A DNA stretch of 33,735 nucleotides. Origin: a virus. Taxonomy: Duplodnaviria > Caudoviricetes. Every line of letters starts with the position of its first letter. Position 1 is the first letter of the stretch. The DNA lies in IMG/VR virus record IMGVR_UViG_3300044267_002985, positions 1 to 33,735 of that record, one strand, 5' to 3'. This document shows positions 9,376 to 19,945 of this stretch, one piece after another. The position numbers were made by a program, and so were the translations under genes. The notes beneath the pieces were generated by a model that saw only the letters and a program-made list of their open reading frames with translations, did not search any database and was not told where the DNA came from.

Positions 9376-10946
9376 TGCCTATACAAGCTCAAACCGTTCA
9401 ATATGGTCCGTGGAACATGGGGGTAAGATACGATGTCCCTGCTGAAGATGTCCCTGCAAATGGCCTACATGGAATGGAGAATACTCGACTAACGCAATCT
9501 GCAGCGATTGAACGTGTATTAGGGACTGCGAGTTATGGGAGTCAATCTGCTATTAGCGGGAATCCGACATTAACTGCTTGCGGAGAGTTTCGGGTTCCTG
9601 GAGGATCTGAGCAGGTGTTTATTGTTGCGGGCGATACAATGTATCGTTACAACTCGGGTTGGTCTGAGATTATGCCCTCGTCGGGTGTTACCATTACAGC
9701 GGGTGACGACAATACATTTGAATGGTGCAGAGCGTTTAATACGTTGGTATTAACAAACGGGGTAAATGGTCCGATCAAGTGGGTTGGAGGTTCAAGCGAT
9801 TGTGGTGCATTAGATGTTGATAGTCGGTTTACTACGGCAGAACATTGTGCATTTTTCGACAACAGAGTTTGGATGGCAAACACAAACGCAAACAAAGATC
9901 GTGTTTGGTATTCTGACATAGGTGATCCTGAAACGTGGGGAGCTTCAAGTTTTTTTAATTTCGGTTCGCCAGTTACGGGGATACAAACTGTTCAAAATTC
10001 TTTAGTTGTTCATACGGAAGATTTTATAAGCGTTTTGATTCCTACAGGAAACGCAACGATACCATATCAACAACAACAAAAAACATCTACTGACCCACGC
10101 AACCCACAACATGGTGGAAGTATTTCTGGTCGAGCAATAGTAACTATTCCAGGAATGAATGCTCAAGTATTTCCAATGGACGACGGAATATATATGTGGT
10201 CTGGTGGAGAAGTTATTGAAAAAGTTTCTTATGCGTTAGACGTTTATTGGGATAAAATAAACAAAAGCAGACTTCACCAATCTCACGCAGTATATTTTGC
10301 GGATCAAAACGAGGTATGGTTTTGGTTGCCTTATGAAGGGTCAACAAACATGAACCACGTTATGGTTATGTCGTTGAAGAATAGATATCAAGATGAGAAT
10401 ACGGGAGAAGTTAGGTTTGCTTGGTATGGTCCTTTAACGGGAGCGACTACGACGTTTGAAAGAAATTGTTCGGCATTAGTTTCTGATAAACCTCATGCGG
10501 GGACTTTTGGTGGTAAATTATTAGACCATCAACCTACTGGGACTAATCGTTATAGCCATGAAGATGTTGCTTATAACAGTAATTTTGAAACTGGAGCACC
10601 TGCTGCATTTGGGGGTTCGGTTGATTTGCGTTGGCTTTATGCAAGGACGTATTACGACGGGATAGGAGATTATGAACTAACGATAGATCAAGATTCCCAA
10701 GGAATCTCTGGTAGTTCAGGGAAGATAACTACTACTGGAGGTGGAGGTTCTTTTCCTTTTGTTTTAAATACGGATACTGTAGGGACACTTAGGATGGTTT
10801 CAAAAGATATAGACTTGAGTGGTTACGATGCTCATTCAAGTTTAAAATTTACGAACAATGAAAAAGATCAACCGTATCGTGTGCGTAGGACGTTGTTGCA
10901 AGCAAAAGTCTTAGGACTTCATAGAAAACCAAAGGCGGGAACTTAG
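9375..10946 (+). CDS. Tail nozzle / tail tubular protein B-like (beta-propeller)
   Basis: 523 aa, beta-rich. FDNRVWMA...RVWYSDIGDPETW motif is like P22 gp10-type stabilisation proteins. Confidence 0.7.
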   Translation: MPIQAQTVQYGPWNMGVRYDVPAEDVPANGLHGMENTRLTQSAAIERVLGTASYGSQSAISGNPTLTACGEFRVPGGSEQVFIVAGDTMYRYNSGWSEIMPSSGVTITAGDDNTFEWCRAFNTLVLTNGVNGPIKWVGGSSDCGALDVDSRFTTAEHCAFFDNRVWMANTNANKDRVWYSDIGDPETWGASSFFNFGSPVTGIQTVQNSLVVHTEDFISVLIPTGNATIPYQQQQKTSTDPRNPQHGGSISGRAIVTIPGMNAQVFPMDDGIYMWSGGEVIEKVSYALDVYWDKINKSRLHQSHAVYFADQNEVWFWLPYEGSTNMNHVMVMSLKNRYQDENTGEVRFAWYGPLTGATTTFERNCSALVSDKPHAGTFGGKLLDHQPTGTNRYSHEDVAYNSNFETGAPAAFGGSVDLRWLYARTYYDGIGDYELTIDQDSQGISGSSGKITTTGGGGSFPFVLNTDTVGTLRMVSKDIDLSGYDAHSSLKFTNNEKDQPYRVRRTLLQAKVLGLHRKPKAGT

Positions 10947-10947
10947 A

Positions 10948-13788
10948 ATGGCATACATGGATCAGTTTGAATCAAGATACAAAGAACAGGCAAAACAAAA
11001 AAGACAGCCTACAATGTTTGAGGCTCAAAATAAAAAAACGAAAAAAACTGTTCGCAAACCATTTACTCGGCCTGTAGACCCTATTGAAGAGGCTGTTGGT
11101 ATTGGCACATCTGGTCAGATACAACAAGCGGTTGGGGACTTTGGTCAAGCTACCATTCAAGGTATGCAACAGGTAGGCGGTGCTACTCAATTTCAACCAC
11201 AAACATATGCACAAACGCAACCAGGACAACCTGCTAATCGCCCATCTACGTTGAGTGCGTCGGCAACAGGGTCTATGGGTGGAGATACTACTCAAGTAGA
11301 TACTACTCAAGATGATACTGCTAATCAATTTACTCTTCCTAAAGTTACAGGAGCAACTCTTCCACAAACTCAACCTGCCAATTTATCTCAATTAGCGGAT
11401 CAGCAATTACAAAGTGCGATACAGTCAGGAACTGGTGCAGGTGCTTTTTTAGGCGGGCAAGGAACATTAGATACGGCTGTTGAACAAGCTAAACAAAGAG
11501 AAGCGTTAGGGCGTGAGTTTGGATATACTGATCCTACAGGGCAAAGGGGTTCAGGATTAATAGGTCAAGCTGAAGATGTTTTACGTGGTCGGTTGCAAGG
11601 TGGAGAAAATCCTTTAGTAAGACAACAAAGAGAAGATTTCTTGCGTCGTTCGGAACAAGAAGAAGATGCGTTGATGCAACAATTAAGTAGTTTGGGAGTT
11701 TTACGAGGCGGTGATACTTCTGAAGCTCTTGGAGATTTTATTGGGCAACGTGAGAGGACATTAAATGATATAAACGCTTTGGGTTATGACATGCAGACCC
11801 AAGCACTTCAAGGTGCGTTAGGATTTCAAGGTAGACGAGATGACTTAGGGTTAGCAGAAGAAGGAATGCGTCGTCAATCAGTGCAAGATTTAGCTTCATT
11901 GGCAAATCAACAAGCTGCAATGACTACTGCAAGACAAGATGTAGCAAGAGGATTAAGGTCTGATGCGTATGGTCGTCAATCTCAATTAGATGATTTAGCT
12001 ACTTCTGGGTTGTCGAGGGATCTTGCACAACGAGGTGACGTAAGATCAGAGCAAGCGTTAATAGGATCAGAAGGTCGAGCAGAAAGAGCAGAAGAAAGAG
12101 CACTGCAAGCGTTAACGGGATCAGAAGGTCGAGCAGAAAGAATGTTGGATTCTGATTTAGCTACCGCAGGGTTGTCGAGAAACATAGCGACAAGTGCTGA
12201 GGGTCGAGCTTTGGGTGCAGAGAATCGTCAAGACCGATTAGCACAACAAGAAATATTAGATCGTATTTTAGGAAGAGATATTTCTGGTCGTCAAACTGAC
12301 ATGCAAGCAGAAAGACAAGCAAGAGAATTAGGGTTGGCAGGTTCTGCCGATCAACGAGCAGAAAGAGCATTGCAATCTCAATTAGGGTTAGCAGGGTCTG
12401 CGGATGAACGAGCAGAAAGAGCACTGCAACAAGATATTCTTGGTCAATCGTTAGCTCGACAAGCCACAAGAGCGGGAATGACGGGAGAGTTTGAAGGGCG
12501 TGATACGTTGCAGGGTATTGCTGCAAGAGGGGCAGAAGGAAGGGCTGAGAGGGCTTTAGCAGAAGACTTGAGGACTTCAGGTCTTGCAAGGGAAATAGCC
12601 GAAGCGGAACAAACGGGAGTATTTAGAAGAGATGCGACTGAGAGGGCAAGAAGACAACAAGCAGAACTTGCTGCGTTGGCGGGAGGAGAAGGTAGGGCAG
12701 AGCGTCAGTTGGATTCTGCTATTGGTGCTCAGAATTTACAAAACCGAATAGCCCAAGCGGGTGTTACGGGAATGTTTGAAGGCGAAGGATCTCAACCTCC
12801 ACAACGGTCAATGGCACTACAAGCATTAGAAGCGGAACAAGCGTTGCGGGGAGATGAGTTTGATCTTAGAAGAAGATTAGCTGAAGCAGAGCAAACGGGA
12901 AGATATGCTTTTGGAGATCAAGCTGACGCAATGGCTTCAGGTCAGGGAGAAATAACGAGAGCAGAAGAAGCAGACCGAAGATCAGAACGAATGTTAGAAT
13001 CTGATTTAGAAAGCAGAGATCTTCAACGTCGTTTAGCTGAAGCAGGTCAAACGGGTAGATTTGTTTTTGCAGATCCAGGAGATGAAATTGAGTCAAGGCA
13101 ATTAGGCGAAACAACGCAAGACGCTGAAGAAAGAGCTTTTCGTAGGCAGTTAGCTGAAGCGGGACTTACTGGTCAATTTGATGGAGAAGATACTCTTCAA
13201 AGACAATTAGCAGAAGGAGAGTTGTTAGGGGAGTTTGACAACAGAACTACATTGCAACGTAGATTGGCTGAAGCAGATCGAACGGGTAGGTTGGCAATGA
13301 CTCCAGGAGAACGACAAGAAAATTTAAGAGGAGTAACTACTCAAGATTTTAAAGACAGGTATTTAAACAGGCAAGCAATAGAGGCAGGGTTGACAGGAGA
13401 ATTTGGTGGTGACCCTACAATGCAAAGAGAAGCGTTAGAATCTGATTTAGAAACTCAAAATTTAGCGAGAAGGTTATCGGAGGCAGAAGCTACTGGAGAG
13501 TTCCGTGATGGAGCAAGGATGCGAGATACAATGCAAAAGGAAGCAATGGACTTTGAAAGAGATAGAAGTAGAATAGGTTCAATGTTATCTGCAATAGATC
13601 TTTTAGATAAAGACTCTAATGAGTATAAAGCTATTGTTGAAGATTTAGGAGATACTACAAGCGGTGGAGATTTTAAAGCAAGACTTAGAAAACTGTTAGG
13701 TGTAGGTAGCCCTTCGGGTTTGACTCAACGTGAAATAGAATATTTATATGAACAGCAAGACCCAGACCTTCAAGGTAGATTCTCATAA
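10948..13788 (+). CDS. Internal virion/DNA ejection protein with tandem repeats (putative)
   Basis: 946 aa, A/Q/E/R-rich and helical, with GSEGRAERA and LQRRLAEAG.TG.F repeats. Follows the nozzle gene. Confidence 0.6.
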   Translation: MAYMDQFESRYKEQAKQKRQPTMFEAQNKKTKKTVRKPFTRPVDPIEEAVGIGTSGQIQQAVGDFGQATIQGMQQVGGATQFQPQTYAQTQPGQPANRPSTLSASATGSMGGDTTQVDTTQDDTANQFTLPKVTGATLPQTQPANLSQLADQQLQSAIQSGTGAGAFLGGQGTLDTAVEQAKQREALGREFGYTDPTGQRGSGLIGQAEDVLRGRLQGGENPLVRQQREDFLRRSEQEEDALMQQLSSLGVLRGGDTSEALGDFIGQRERTLNDINALGYDMQTQALQGALGFQGRRDDLGLAEEGMRRQSVQDLASLANQQAAMTTARQDVARGLRSDAYGRQSQLDDLATSGLSRDLAQRGDVRSEQALIGSEGRAERAEERALQALTGSEGRAERMLDSDLATAGLSRNIATSAEGRALGAENRQDRLAQQEILDRILGRDISGRQTDMQAERQARELGLAGSADQRAERALQSQLGLAGSADERAERALQQDILGQSLARQATRAGMTGEFEGRDTLQGIAARGAEGRAERALAEDLRTSGLAREIAEAEQTGVFRRDATERARRQQAELAALAGGEGRAERQLDSAIGAQNLQNRIAQAGVTGMFEGEGSQPPQRSMALQALEAEQALRGDEFDLRRRLAEAEQTGRYAFGDQADAMASGQGEITRAEEADRRSERMLESDLESRDLQRRLAEAGQTGRFVFADPGDEIESRQLGETTQDAEERAFRRQLAEAGLTGQFDGEDTLQRQLAEGELLGEFDNRTTLQRRLAEADRTGRLAMTPGERQENLRGVTTQDFKDRYLNRQAIEAGLTGEFGGDPTMQREALESDLETQNLARRLSEAEATGEFRDGARMRDTMQKEAMDFERDRSRIGSMLSAIDLLDKDSNEYKAIVEDLGDTTSGGDFKARLRKLLGVGSPSGLTQREIEYLYEQQDPDLQGRFS

Positions 13789-13810
13789 GTTTTACTAAGG
13801 GAGATAAAAA

Positions 13811-15502
13811 GTGACAGGAGCCGAATTAGCATTAATAGCTTCAGGCGTTGGAACAGTTGCTAATATAGGGGCGGGGTATTTTGGCGGTAAAGATGTTAAG
13901 AAAGCCAATAAAGAAAACCGTCGTCGAGCAGCAATGTCTAACCTTATTAGGTCTTTTGGCGTAGACCATAGGCCCGTCCAACAAGATGTTGAGCTTGGAA
14001 AAACTACAAGGCTCCTTCAAGGTATAGGGAAAGGTGCGAATACTATTGGCACTGGATTAAATCTTTATAATACCATGAAAGGGCAAGCATTAGCAAGGGA
14101 ATCAGCAAAAAAAGCTGACGAGCTAAGAGGGTTACAAATTGACGAGCTAAAAAGATCTTCAAGAGCAGAAGAAGGTGCGAGGGCTGCATTAGGAGCAGGT
14201 ATGACTTCAGATCGACTTCCTACTCCTGATCCTATGTCTATAAGGGGAACTGCTTCTGAGGGTTTCACTTCTAACATTCCAAGATATAACCTTGATGATG
14301 CTCCGTCTCTTAGGACTTTGGGTAGAAGCAAGACTCCATCTCTTGATGTTTTAGGTGAAATGGTTACAAAGAAGACTCCTTCTGTAACAGATGCAACTTC
14401 AGGTTTAGTAGAAAAACTAACTTCTTTAGCTAAGATGCGTTCGGATCAAGGGCTTACTGGGGATGGAACTCGTATAACTCCTCGGATGCAAGGACCAGAA
14501 GATTTTGGTTTTGATCCTGGGTCTATTGAGTCTTTGTCTTTCTCGGCTACAATGGCTGAAAGGTTGGCTAAAGAACAAAAAGAATTAGCAGATCTTGAAA
14601 ACACAAGAGCAGACACAGAATATAAAAACATGTTAGCCAGTAAAGATCCGAAACAATTAACTGCGGTACAACAAGCTCAACTGGATCTTGCGTCGAGAGA
14701 GCTTTTGTATAACTCTTTAAAAGAGGGGATGCCAAATTATATTTATGAAACTTTGGGAGAAGGTACGTGGGAAGAATTTTCAGCAGACTCCTCAATCGCA
14801 CAATCTTTAAAAAAATTAACTCCAACAGAAATTGAAGGATTACAAAATAATTTTAAATCTGCACAAGACGGATGGGCAGAAATATTAGATAAAGACACAA
14901 AAGACGTTTTACGTTCAGACATAAAGCCACTGCTTGATAAAGATCAGTTGTTTAAATATTCTGGAGGGTTGCGGTTTGCCTATCTTTCTATAGCAAGAGG
15001 TTATCTTGAACAAACAGGTCAAGGTGACATTGCTATGATTATTGGTCTTGCAAGACTAAAAGATCCTGGCGTTTCTGTTCGTGCTGAAGATGTAAACACT
15101 GAAGAAAAAGCTATCACTAAATTAGAAAGCCTTAAGTTGTTAGCGTCAGGCGAAAGAATCTGGGGTGAAGGTGGAAGGATGCTACCAGAAGTTCGTAAGC
15201 GATTTATGAGCATGGGACAATCCTTGTATCAAGGAGTTGTTGACGCTGTCAACGATGAAGATACAGGTCTTCCATCTATAAGAAAAGCAGCCGAAGCGTT
15301 AACGAAGTCTGGAGCAGATTTACGTGGTATTAATTTTGTTATAAATAAATTTAATATGCCAGACTTAAAAAGTTACGGAGTGCCAGTAATAGATTTAACT
15401 GAAAAAGATAGAAATCAAATAGGTGTGTCAAGAGCACTTACAGATAGATATAGAGATGCTGTTAGTGACTCAGCGTATAATTCAATTTTGCAGGGTTATT
15501 AA
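13811..15502 (+). CDS. Internal virion/ejection protein (putative)
   Basis: GTG start with AAGGAG RBS. Gly/Ala hydrophobic N-terminus typical of pilot proteins; GDIAMI...LKDPGVSVR motif. Confidence 0.6.
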   Translation: MTGAELALIASGVGTVANIGAGYFGGKDVKKANKENRRRAAMSNLIRSFGVDHRPVQQDVELGKTTRLLQGIGKGANTIGTGLNLYNTMKGQALARESAKKADELRGLQIDELKRSSRAEEGARAALGAGMTSDRLPTPDPMSIRGTASEGFTSNIPRYNLDDAPSLRTLGRSKTPSLDVLGEMVTKKTPSVTDATSGLVEKLTSLAKMRSDQGLTGDGTRITPRMQGPEDFGFDPGSIESLSFSATMAERLAKEQKELADLENTRADTEYKNMLASKDPKQLTAVQQAQLDLASRELLYNSLKEGMPNYIYETLGEGTWEEFSADSSIAQSLKKLTPTEIEGLQNNFKSAQDGWAEILDKDTKDVLRSDIKPLLDKDQLFKYSGGLRFAYLSIARGYLEQTGQGDIAMIIGLARLKDPGVSVRAEDVNTEEKAITKLESLKLLASGERIWGEGGRMLPEVRKRFMSMGQSLYQGVVDAVNDEDTGLPSIRKAAEALTKSGADLRGINFVINKFNMPDLKSYGVPVIDLTEKDRNQIGVSRALTDRYRDAVSDSAYNSILQGY

Positions 15503-15504
15503 TA

Positions 15505-17556
15505 ATGGACGAAAAACAACAAGCCTTTCAATTTTACAAAGACTTAGAAGCGGTTACAAATAAACAAATTACTGCTGATGATTTTCGTAGTAAATATTCT
15601 AAAGAACAAACAATATATTTAAAGTCTGTTTGGGATAAATTAAAAGTAGAAATTGAAGACGAAGATCCAGGATTCTTTGCTCGTATGGCTGCAGGTTTTG
15701 CAACGACTCCAGAGGGTGAAGCTAATATATACAAAAACTTTGGCGTTGATGCAGAAGTAAATCCCGCTACAGGAGAAGTCGAAAGAAGAACAGGCTTTGA
15801 AGGTTACAGTAGACCTGTTGATCCTGAAGGTTTTGATTCGGGTGACATTGCAGATATGGTTGGTCGTGCTCCAAGAACATTAGGTTCAATAGCGATGAGT
15901 ATTCCAGGATTAGCAACTACTCCCTTTACAGGGCCAGCAGGTCTAATTGGAGGGGCTACTGCAGGTGGAGTTTTAGGGGCGGGAGTTGAACAAGGAATAG
16001 GGAACCTTTTAGGATCACAAGAGGGTGTTAATGCTGAAGATTTGTTAACGGAAGCTGCAATAGGAGCAGTTTCTGGAAGTGCAACTGAACTGGGGATCAA
16101 GGGGTTAAAGGGGTTAAACACTTTACTTCGTGGTAAAGGAATGACTCCAGACCTTAAAAAAAATATTACTGATAAAGCAAGAAAACTAAAAGAAGCTACT
16201 GGTGTTGAAATGCCTATACCTTTATCCTCTTTAAGTGAATCTCCAACGGCTGCATCTTTTGAACGTAGAGGTGCGGAAGGTATTTTAACTTCTGATAAAT
16301 TTAAAAGAAATTATGGAGATCCAATAGAGCAAGCGTCTGAAGAAGCTATTGAAAAGATAGGTGCTCCATTTCAAGGTGCAGTTGGAGCAGACGATGCTTC
16401 GGAACAAATATTTAGGTCTGCTGAATTAGCTAAAGAAGCACGTTCAAAAACTATAGAAGATGCTTACGGAAAATATAGAAGTTTGATCCCTTTTGATACT
16501 CCAATAACAACTAATCAAACTCAACTTGCTATAGACGAAATGAGAGATCGAACAGGGTCTACTGCTTTTGGTAAGGCTCGAAATATAAATTTAGATTCTA
16601 TTCGTGTTGGTCCTAAAAATATTGAAATTGGAAAAAGAATACAAAAAATAACAGATAATTTTTCTAACGACATAAAACAATTAGAAACATTTGGAGAACT
16701 TGATGCGTGGAGAAAGAGAGTTGGTCAACTAACCGCAGACGCTACATATGAGAATATGGGGCTTACTCCATTTATAAAAAGAATATACGGTGCTATAAAC
16801 GAAGACCTTGATATTCTTTTTAAAGAAGGTTCTTTGCCAAGTTCAGTTTCTGAGTCAGCAAAAAAAGCTACTAAGTTAGCTGAAGAAGACAAACTTTTAG
16901 ATAAAACGGCTGCTTCTCGTTGGTTAAGAGACGAAGAAAAAGGAGAAGGATTAGTAAGAAAAATATTAGGAAATAATACTACAGCAAAACAACTTCAAGG
17001 CTTAAAGCAGGTCATAGGAGCACAAGGCACACCACAAGGGCAAGTCGCACAACAGTATGGGTTAAATGCTATTCAGGCGTTACAGTCAGAAGCATTAGAA
17101 GAAATTCGTGACGCTTCTTTTGAAGCAGGGACAAAAAGCGGAACACCTATTATTAGTGGTTTTAAATTGCGAAAAAAGTTAGATTCTATTGGCGTTAATA
17201 AATTAAATGAATTGTTTAGTGAACAATTTACAGAACAGATATATAACTTTACAGACTTACTTTCAAACATTCAAAAAAGAGGACAAGTTGCTGCTAACTT
17301 TAGTGGAACAGCACAAGCCAATGAAGCTTTGGGTTTTTGGAATGAGATTTTTAGTAACCCTCCAAGAGCTATACTCGGTAAATTGGCTAACTTCTTAACT
17401 TTTGGAGGTGCAGTTACTCCAGGATCAAGGACTCAAAGATATTTTACTGAACCTTCTTTTCAAGATGCAACGGGGAGAGGTCAACAATCTTTAAGAGTTT
17501 TGGGTAGAGCTTCACAACAACTTGCCTCAAGAAAAGCAGAAGAGCAAAGACGATAA
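15505..17556 (+). CDS. Internal virion/ejection protein (putative)
   Basis: 683 aa with a Gly-rich hydrophobic segment (GPAGLIGGATAGGVLGAG). Third large gene of the ejection block. Confidence 0.6.
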   Translation: MDEKQQAFQFYKDLEAVTNKQITADDFRSKYSKEQTIYLKSVWDKLKVEIEDEDPGFFARMAAGFATTPEGEANIYKNFGVDAEVNPATGEVERRTGFEGYSRPVDPEGFDSGDIADMVGRAPRTLGSIAMSIPGLATTPFTGPAGLIGGATAGGVLGAGVEQGIGNLLGSQEGVNAEDLLTEAAIGAVSGSATELGIKGLKGLNTLLRGKGMTPDLKKNITDKARKLKEATGVEMPIPLSSLSESPTAASFERRGAEGILTSDKFKRNYGDPIEQASEEAIEKIGAPFQGAVGADDASEQIFRSAELAKEARSKTIEDAYGKYRSLIPFDTPITTNQTQLAIDEMRDRTGSTAFGKARNINLDSIRVGPKNIEIGKRIQKITDNFSNDIKQLETFGELDAWRKRVGQLTADATYENMGLTPFIKRIYGAINEDLDILFKEGSLPSSVSESAKKATKLAEEDKLLDKTAASRWLRDEEKGEGLVRKILGNNTTAKQLQGLKQVIGAQGTPQGQVAQQYGLNAIQALQSEALEEIRDASFEAGTKSGTPIISGFKLRKKLDSIGVNKLNELFSEQFTEQIYNFTDLLSNIQKRGQVAANFSGTAQANEALGFWNEIFSNPPRAILGKLANFLTFGGAVTPGSRTQRYFTEPSFQDATGRGQQSLRVLGRASQQLASRKAEEQRR

Positions 17557-17614
17557 ATAATCGTGGTATACGGCCCACGCAAAACTCATAAGACCGTAGA
17601 CAAAGGAAAGCTGA

Positions 17615-19933
17615 ATGAATCTTAGTCCAGTAAAAAGTTGGGCAACAGGTGAGACGTTAACTGCGTCGGATTTAAACGCAGAATATCTCAATATATATAA
17701 CCATACCATAACAACATCAGACATGAACCAAACTACTGATTATGTTTTTGGTGGAGTTGTTGTTGGTTCGGGTATTACTTCTCCAGACGGAGAATTACAT
17801 GTTCACACAGCCAGTGCGGGATCAGTCGCTGCTTCAGGGGACGGTGACGAGTTAGTCCTTGAGAATAGTTCGACTACGGGTTTGACTATTTTTTCTGGAA
17901 CATCTGGAGCGGGTAATATTTTCTTTGGTGATTCTGGTGATAATGATATTGGTAAGATTTCTTACTCTCATTCTTCTAATGCGTTAACATTTACAACTAA
18001 TACTACAACAGCGTTAACGTTGTCGAGTTCTCAAGTTGCAACGTTCGCAGGTTTAGTTACTGCTAATGTTGGAGCGGAGGTTAAAAACGGAGCTACCAGT
18101 GCGGGGTTTGTAAAGTTTTACGAAGATAGCGACAACGGATCTAATGCGGTTACGTTAATTGGTCCCGCTTCTACTGCTGATGTCACTCTTACGCTACCTG
18201 CTTCTACGGATACACTTGTAGGAAAAGCAACTACTGATACGTTAACCAATAAGACGTTAACCAGTGCGGTGTTGAATACTGGAGTTTCTGGAACAGCGGT
18301 ATTAGATGAAGATAATATGGCTTCTAATTCCGCAACAAAACTTGCAACACAACAATCTATTAAAGCCTATGTTGATTCGACGGGGTCAGGGACGATTGGT
18401 GGAACGGTTGGCTCTACAGACAATGCGGTTCCTCGTGCTAACGGAACGGGAGCCGTAACTCTACAGGCCAGTTCGGTTTTGATTGACGATTCAAATAATA
18501 TTACGGGAGTCGTTAACCTTACTGCGTCGGGAGAGTTGGACGGTGCGACGTTAGATATATCAGGTGATGCCGACATAGACGGGACGACAAACCTTGATGC
18601 AGTAGATATCGACGGAGCAACTCAAATCGACGGAACGGTAACAGTTGGAGTTGATGATACTGGTTACGATGTAAAATTCTTTGGTGCTACCAGTGGTTCA
18701 TCAGTTCTGTTTGACGAGTCAGCCGACGATATGATTTTAACCAATTACGGGTTAGCGGTAGGGAGCGATGCTACTGGAGATTTATATTATCGAAATTCTT
18801 CTGGGTTTCTTGCTCGACTTGGTAAAGGAACTGCGGGACATTTCTTAAAGCAAGGGTCATCTATACCTGAATGGTCGGCTGTTAGTGGAAGTGGGGTAGG
18901 CGACTTTAGTGGTCCTGGATCGGCAACTGATAATGCTATTGTTCGTTTTGACGGGACGGGTGGAAAGACGGGACAAAATTCTGGAGTCACTATAGACGAT
19001 AGTAATAATGCCACAGGATTTGCAAACGTTACGTTGAGCGGTGAATTAGATGCAGGGTCGTTAGATGTTTCAGGCGATGCAGATATCGACGGGACGTTGG
19101 AAGCGGATGCAATTACTTTAGGAGGAACCGCATTAGGATCATTGTATCAAGCATTAGATGCTGACCTAACAGCTATTGCAGGTTTATCAAGTTCAGATGG
19201 AAACTTTATTGTTGGTTCGGCAAGCGGTTGGGTAGCTGAAAGCGGAGCTACCGCAAGAACGTCATTAGGACTTGGAACAATGGCAGTTGCAGCTACTGGA
19301 GATTATTCTGTTGTTGCGGGAAGTAGCTCTATTGTAACAACTGGTGCTCTTAACTCTGGAAGTATTACTTCTGGTTTTGGCAACATCAACATAGGATCGT
19401 CAACAATTACAACTACTGGAGCGTTGGCTTCTGGAGCAACTACTGTTACAGGAACATTGGCAGTCGGTAACGGAGCAACATCAGCAGGTAAGATTGAAAT
19501 TTACGAAGACACTGATGACGGAGCACATAAGCTTACACTTACAATCCCTGCACTTGCAGGTGATGTAACGCTTACGTTTCCTAATACTGACGGTGATGCC
19601 GATCAAGTTTTAACGACAAACGGATCTGGAACATTATCGTGGGCTGATGCAGGTGGTGGAGCTTACAGTGATTGGACAGTAATTACAGATTCTGCGACAG
19701 TAGCAACTAAAGCACAAGTTATTTGCAACAAAGCAACAGCAATGACAGTAACACTACCGTCTTCTCCGTCCGCAGGTAATACAGTAACAATAAAAAATTG
19801 CGGTGCAGGGGTCGTAACCGTAGGACGTAACTCGCAAAAAATAAACAGTGAATCTGCTGATGGAACATTATTTACGGACGTTGGAATACAGCTTGTGTAC
19901 GTAAATGCTACTATTGGTTGGACAACATTATAG
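17615..19933 (+). CDS. Tail fibre protein
   Basis: N-terminal attachment-like motif (WATGETLTASDLNAEY) followed by a G/S/T/A/D-rich body with internal repeats. Confidence 0.8.
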   Translation: MNLSPVKSWATGETLTASDLNAEYLNIYNHTITTSDMNQTTDYVFGGVVVGSGITSPDGELHVHTASAGSVAASGDGDELVLENSSTTGLTIFSGTSGAGNIFFGDSGDNDIGKISYSHSSNALTFTTNTTTALTLSSSQVATFAGLVTANVGAEVKNGATSAGFVKFYEDSDNGSNAVTLIGPASTADVTLTLPASTDTLVGKATTDTLTNKTLTSAVLNTGVSGTAVLDEDNMASNSATKLATQQSIKAYVDSTGSGTIGGTVGSTDNAVPRANGTGAVTLQASSVLIDDSNNITGVVNLTASGELDGATLDISGDADIDGTTNLDAVDIDGATQIDGTVTVGVDDTGYDVKFFGATSGSSVLFDESADDMILTNYGLAVGSDATGDLYYRNSSGFLARLGKGTAGHFLKQGSSIPEWSAVSGSGVGDFSGPGSATDNAIVRFDGTGGKTGQNSGVTIDDSNNATGFANVTLSGELDAGSLDVSGDADIDGTLEADAITLGGTALGSLYQALDADLTAIAGLSSSDGNFIVGSASGWVAESGATARTSLGLGTMAVAATGDYSVVAGSSSIVTTGALNSGSITSGFGNINIGSSTITTTGALASGATTVTGTLAVGNGATSAGKIEIYEDTDDGAHKLTLTIPALAGDVTLTFPNTDGDADQVLTTNGSGTLSWADAGGGAYSDWTVITDSATVATKAQVICNKATAMTVTLPSSPSAGNTVTIKNCGAGVVTVGRNSQKINSESADGTLFTDVGIQLVYVNATIGWTTL

Positions 19934-19945
19934 GAGATTTCAGTA

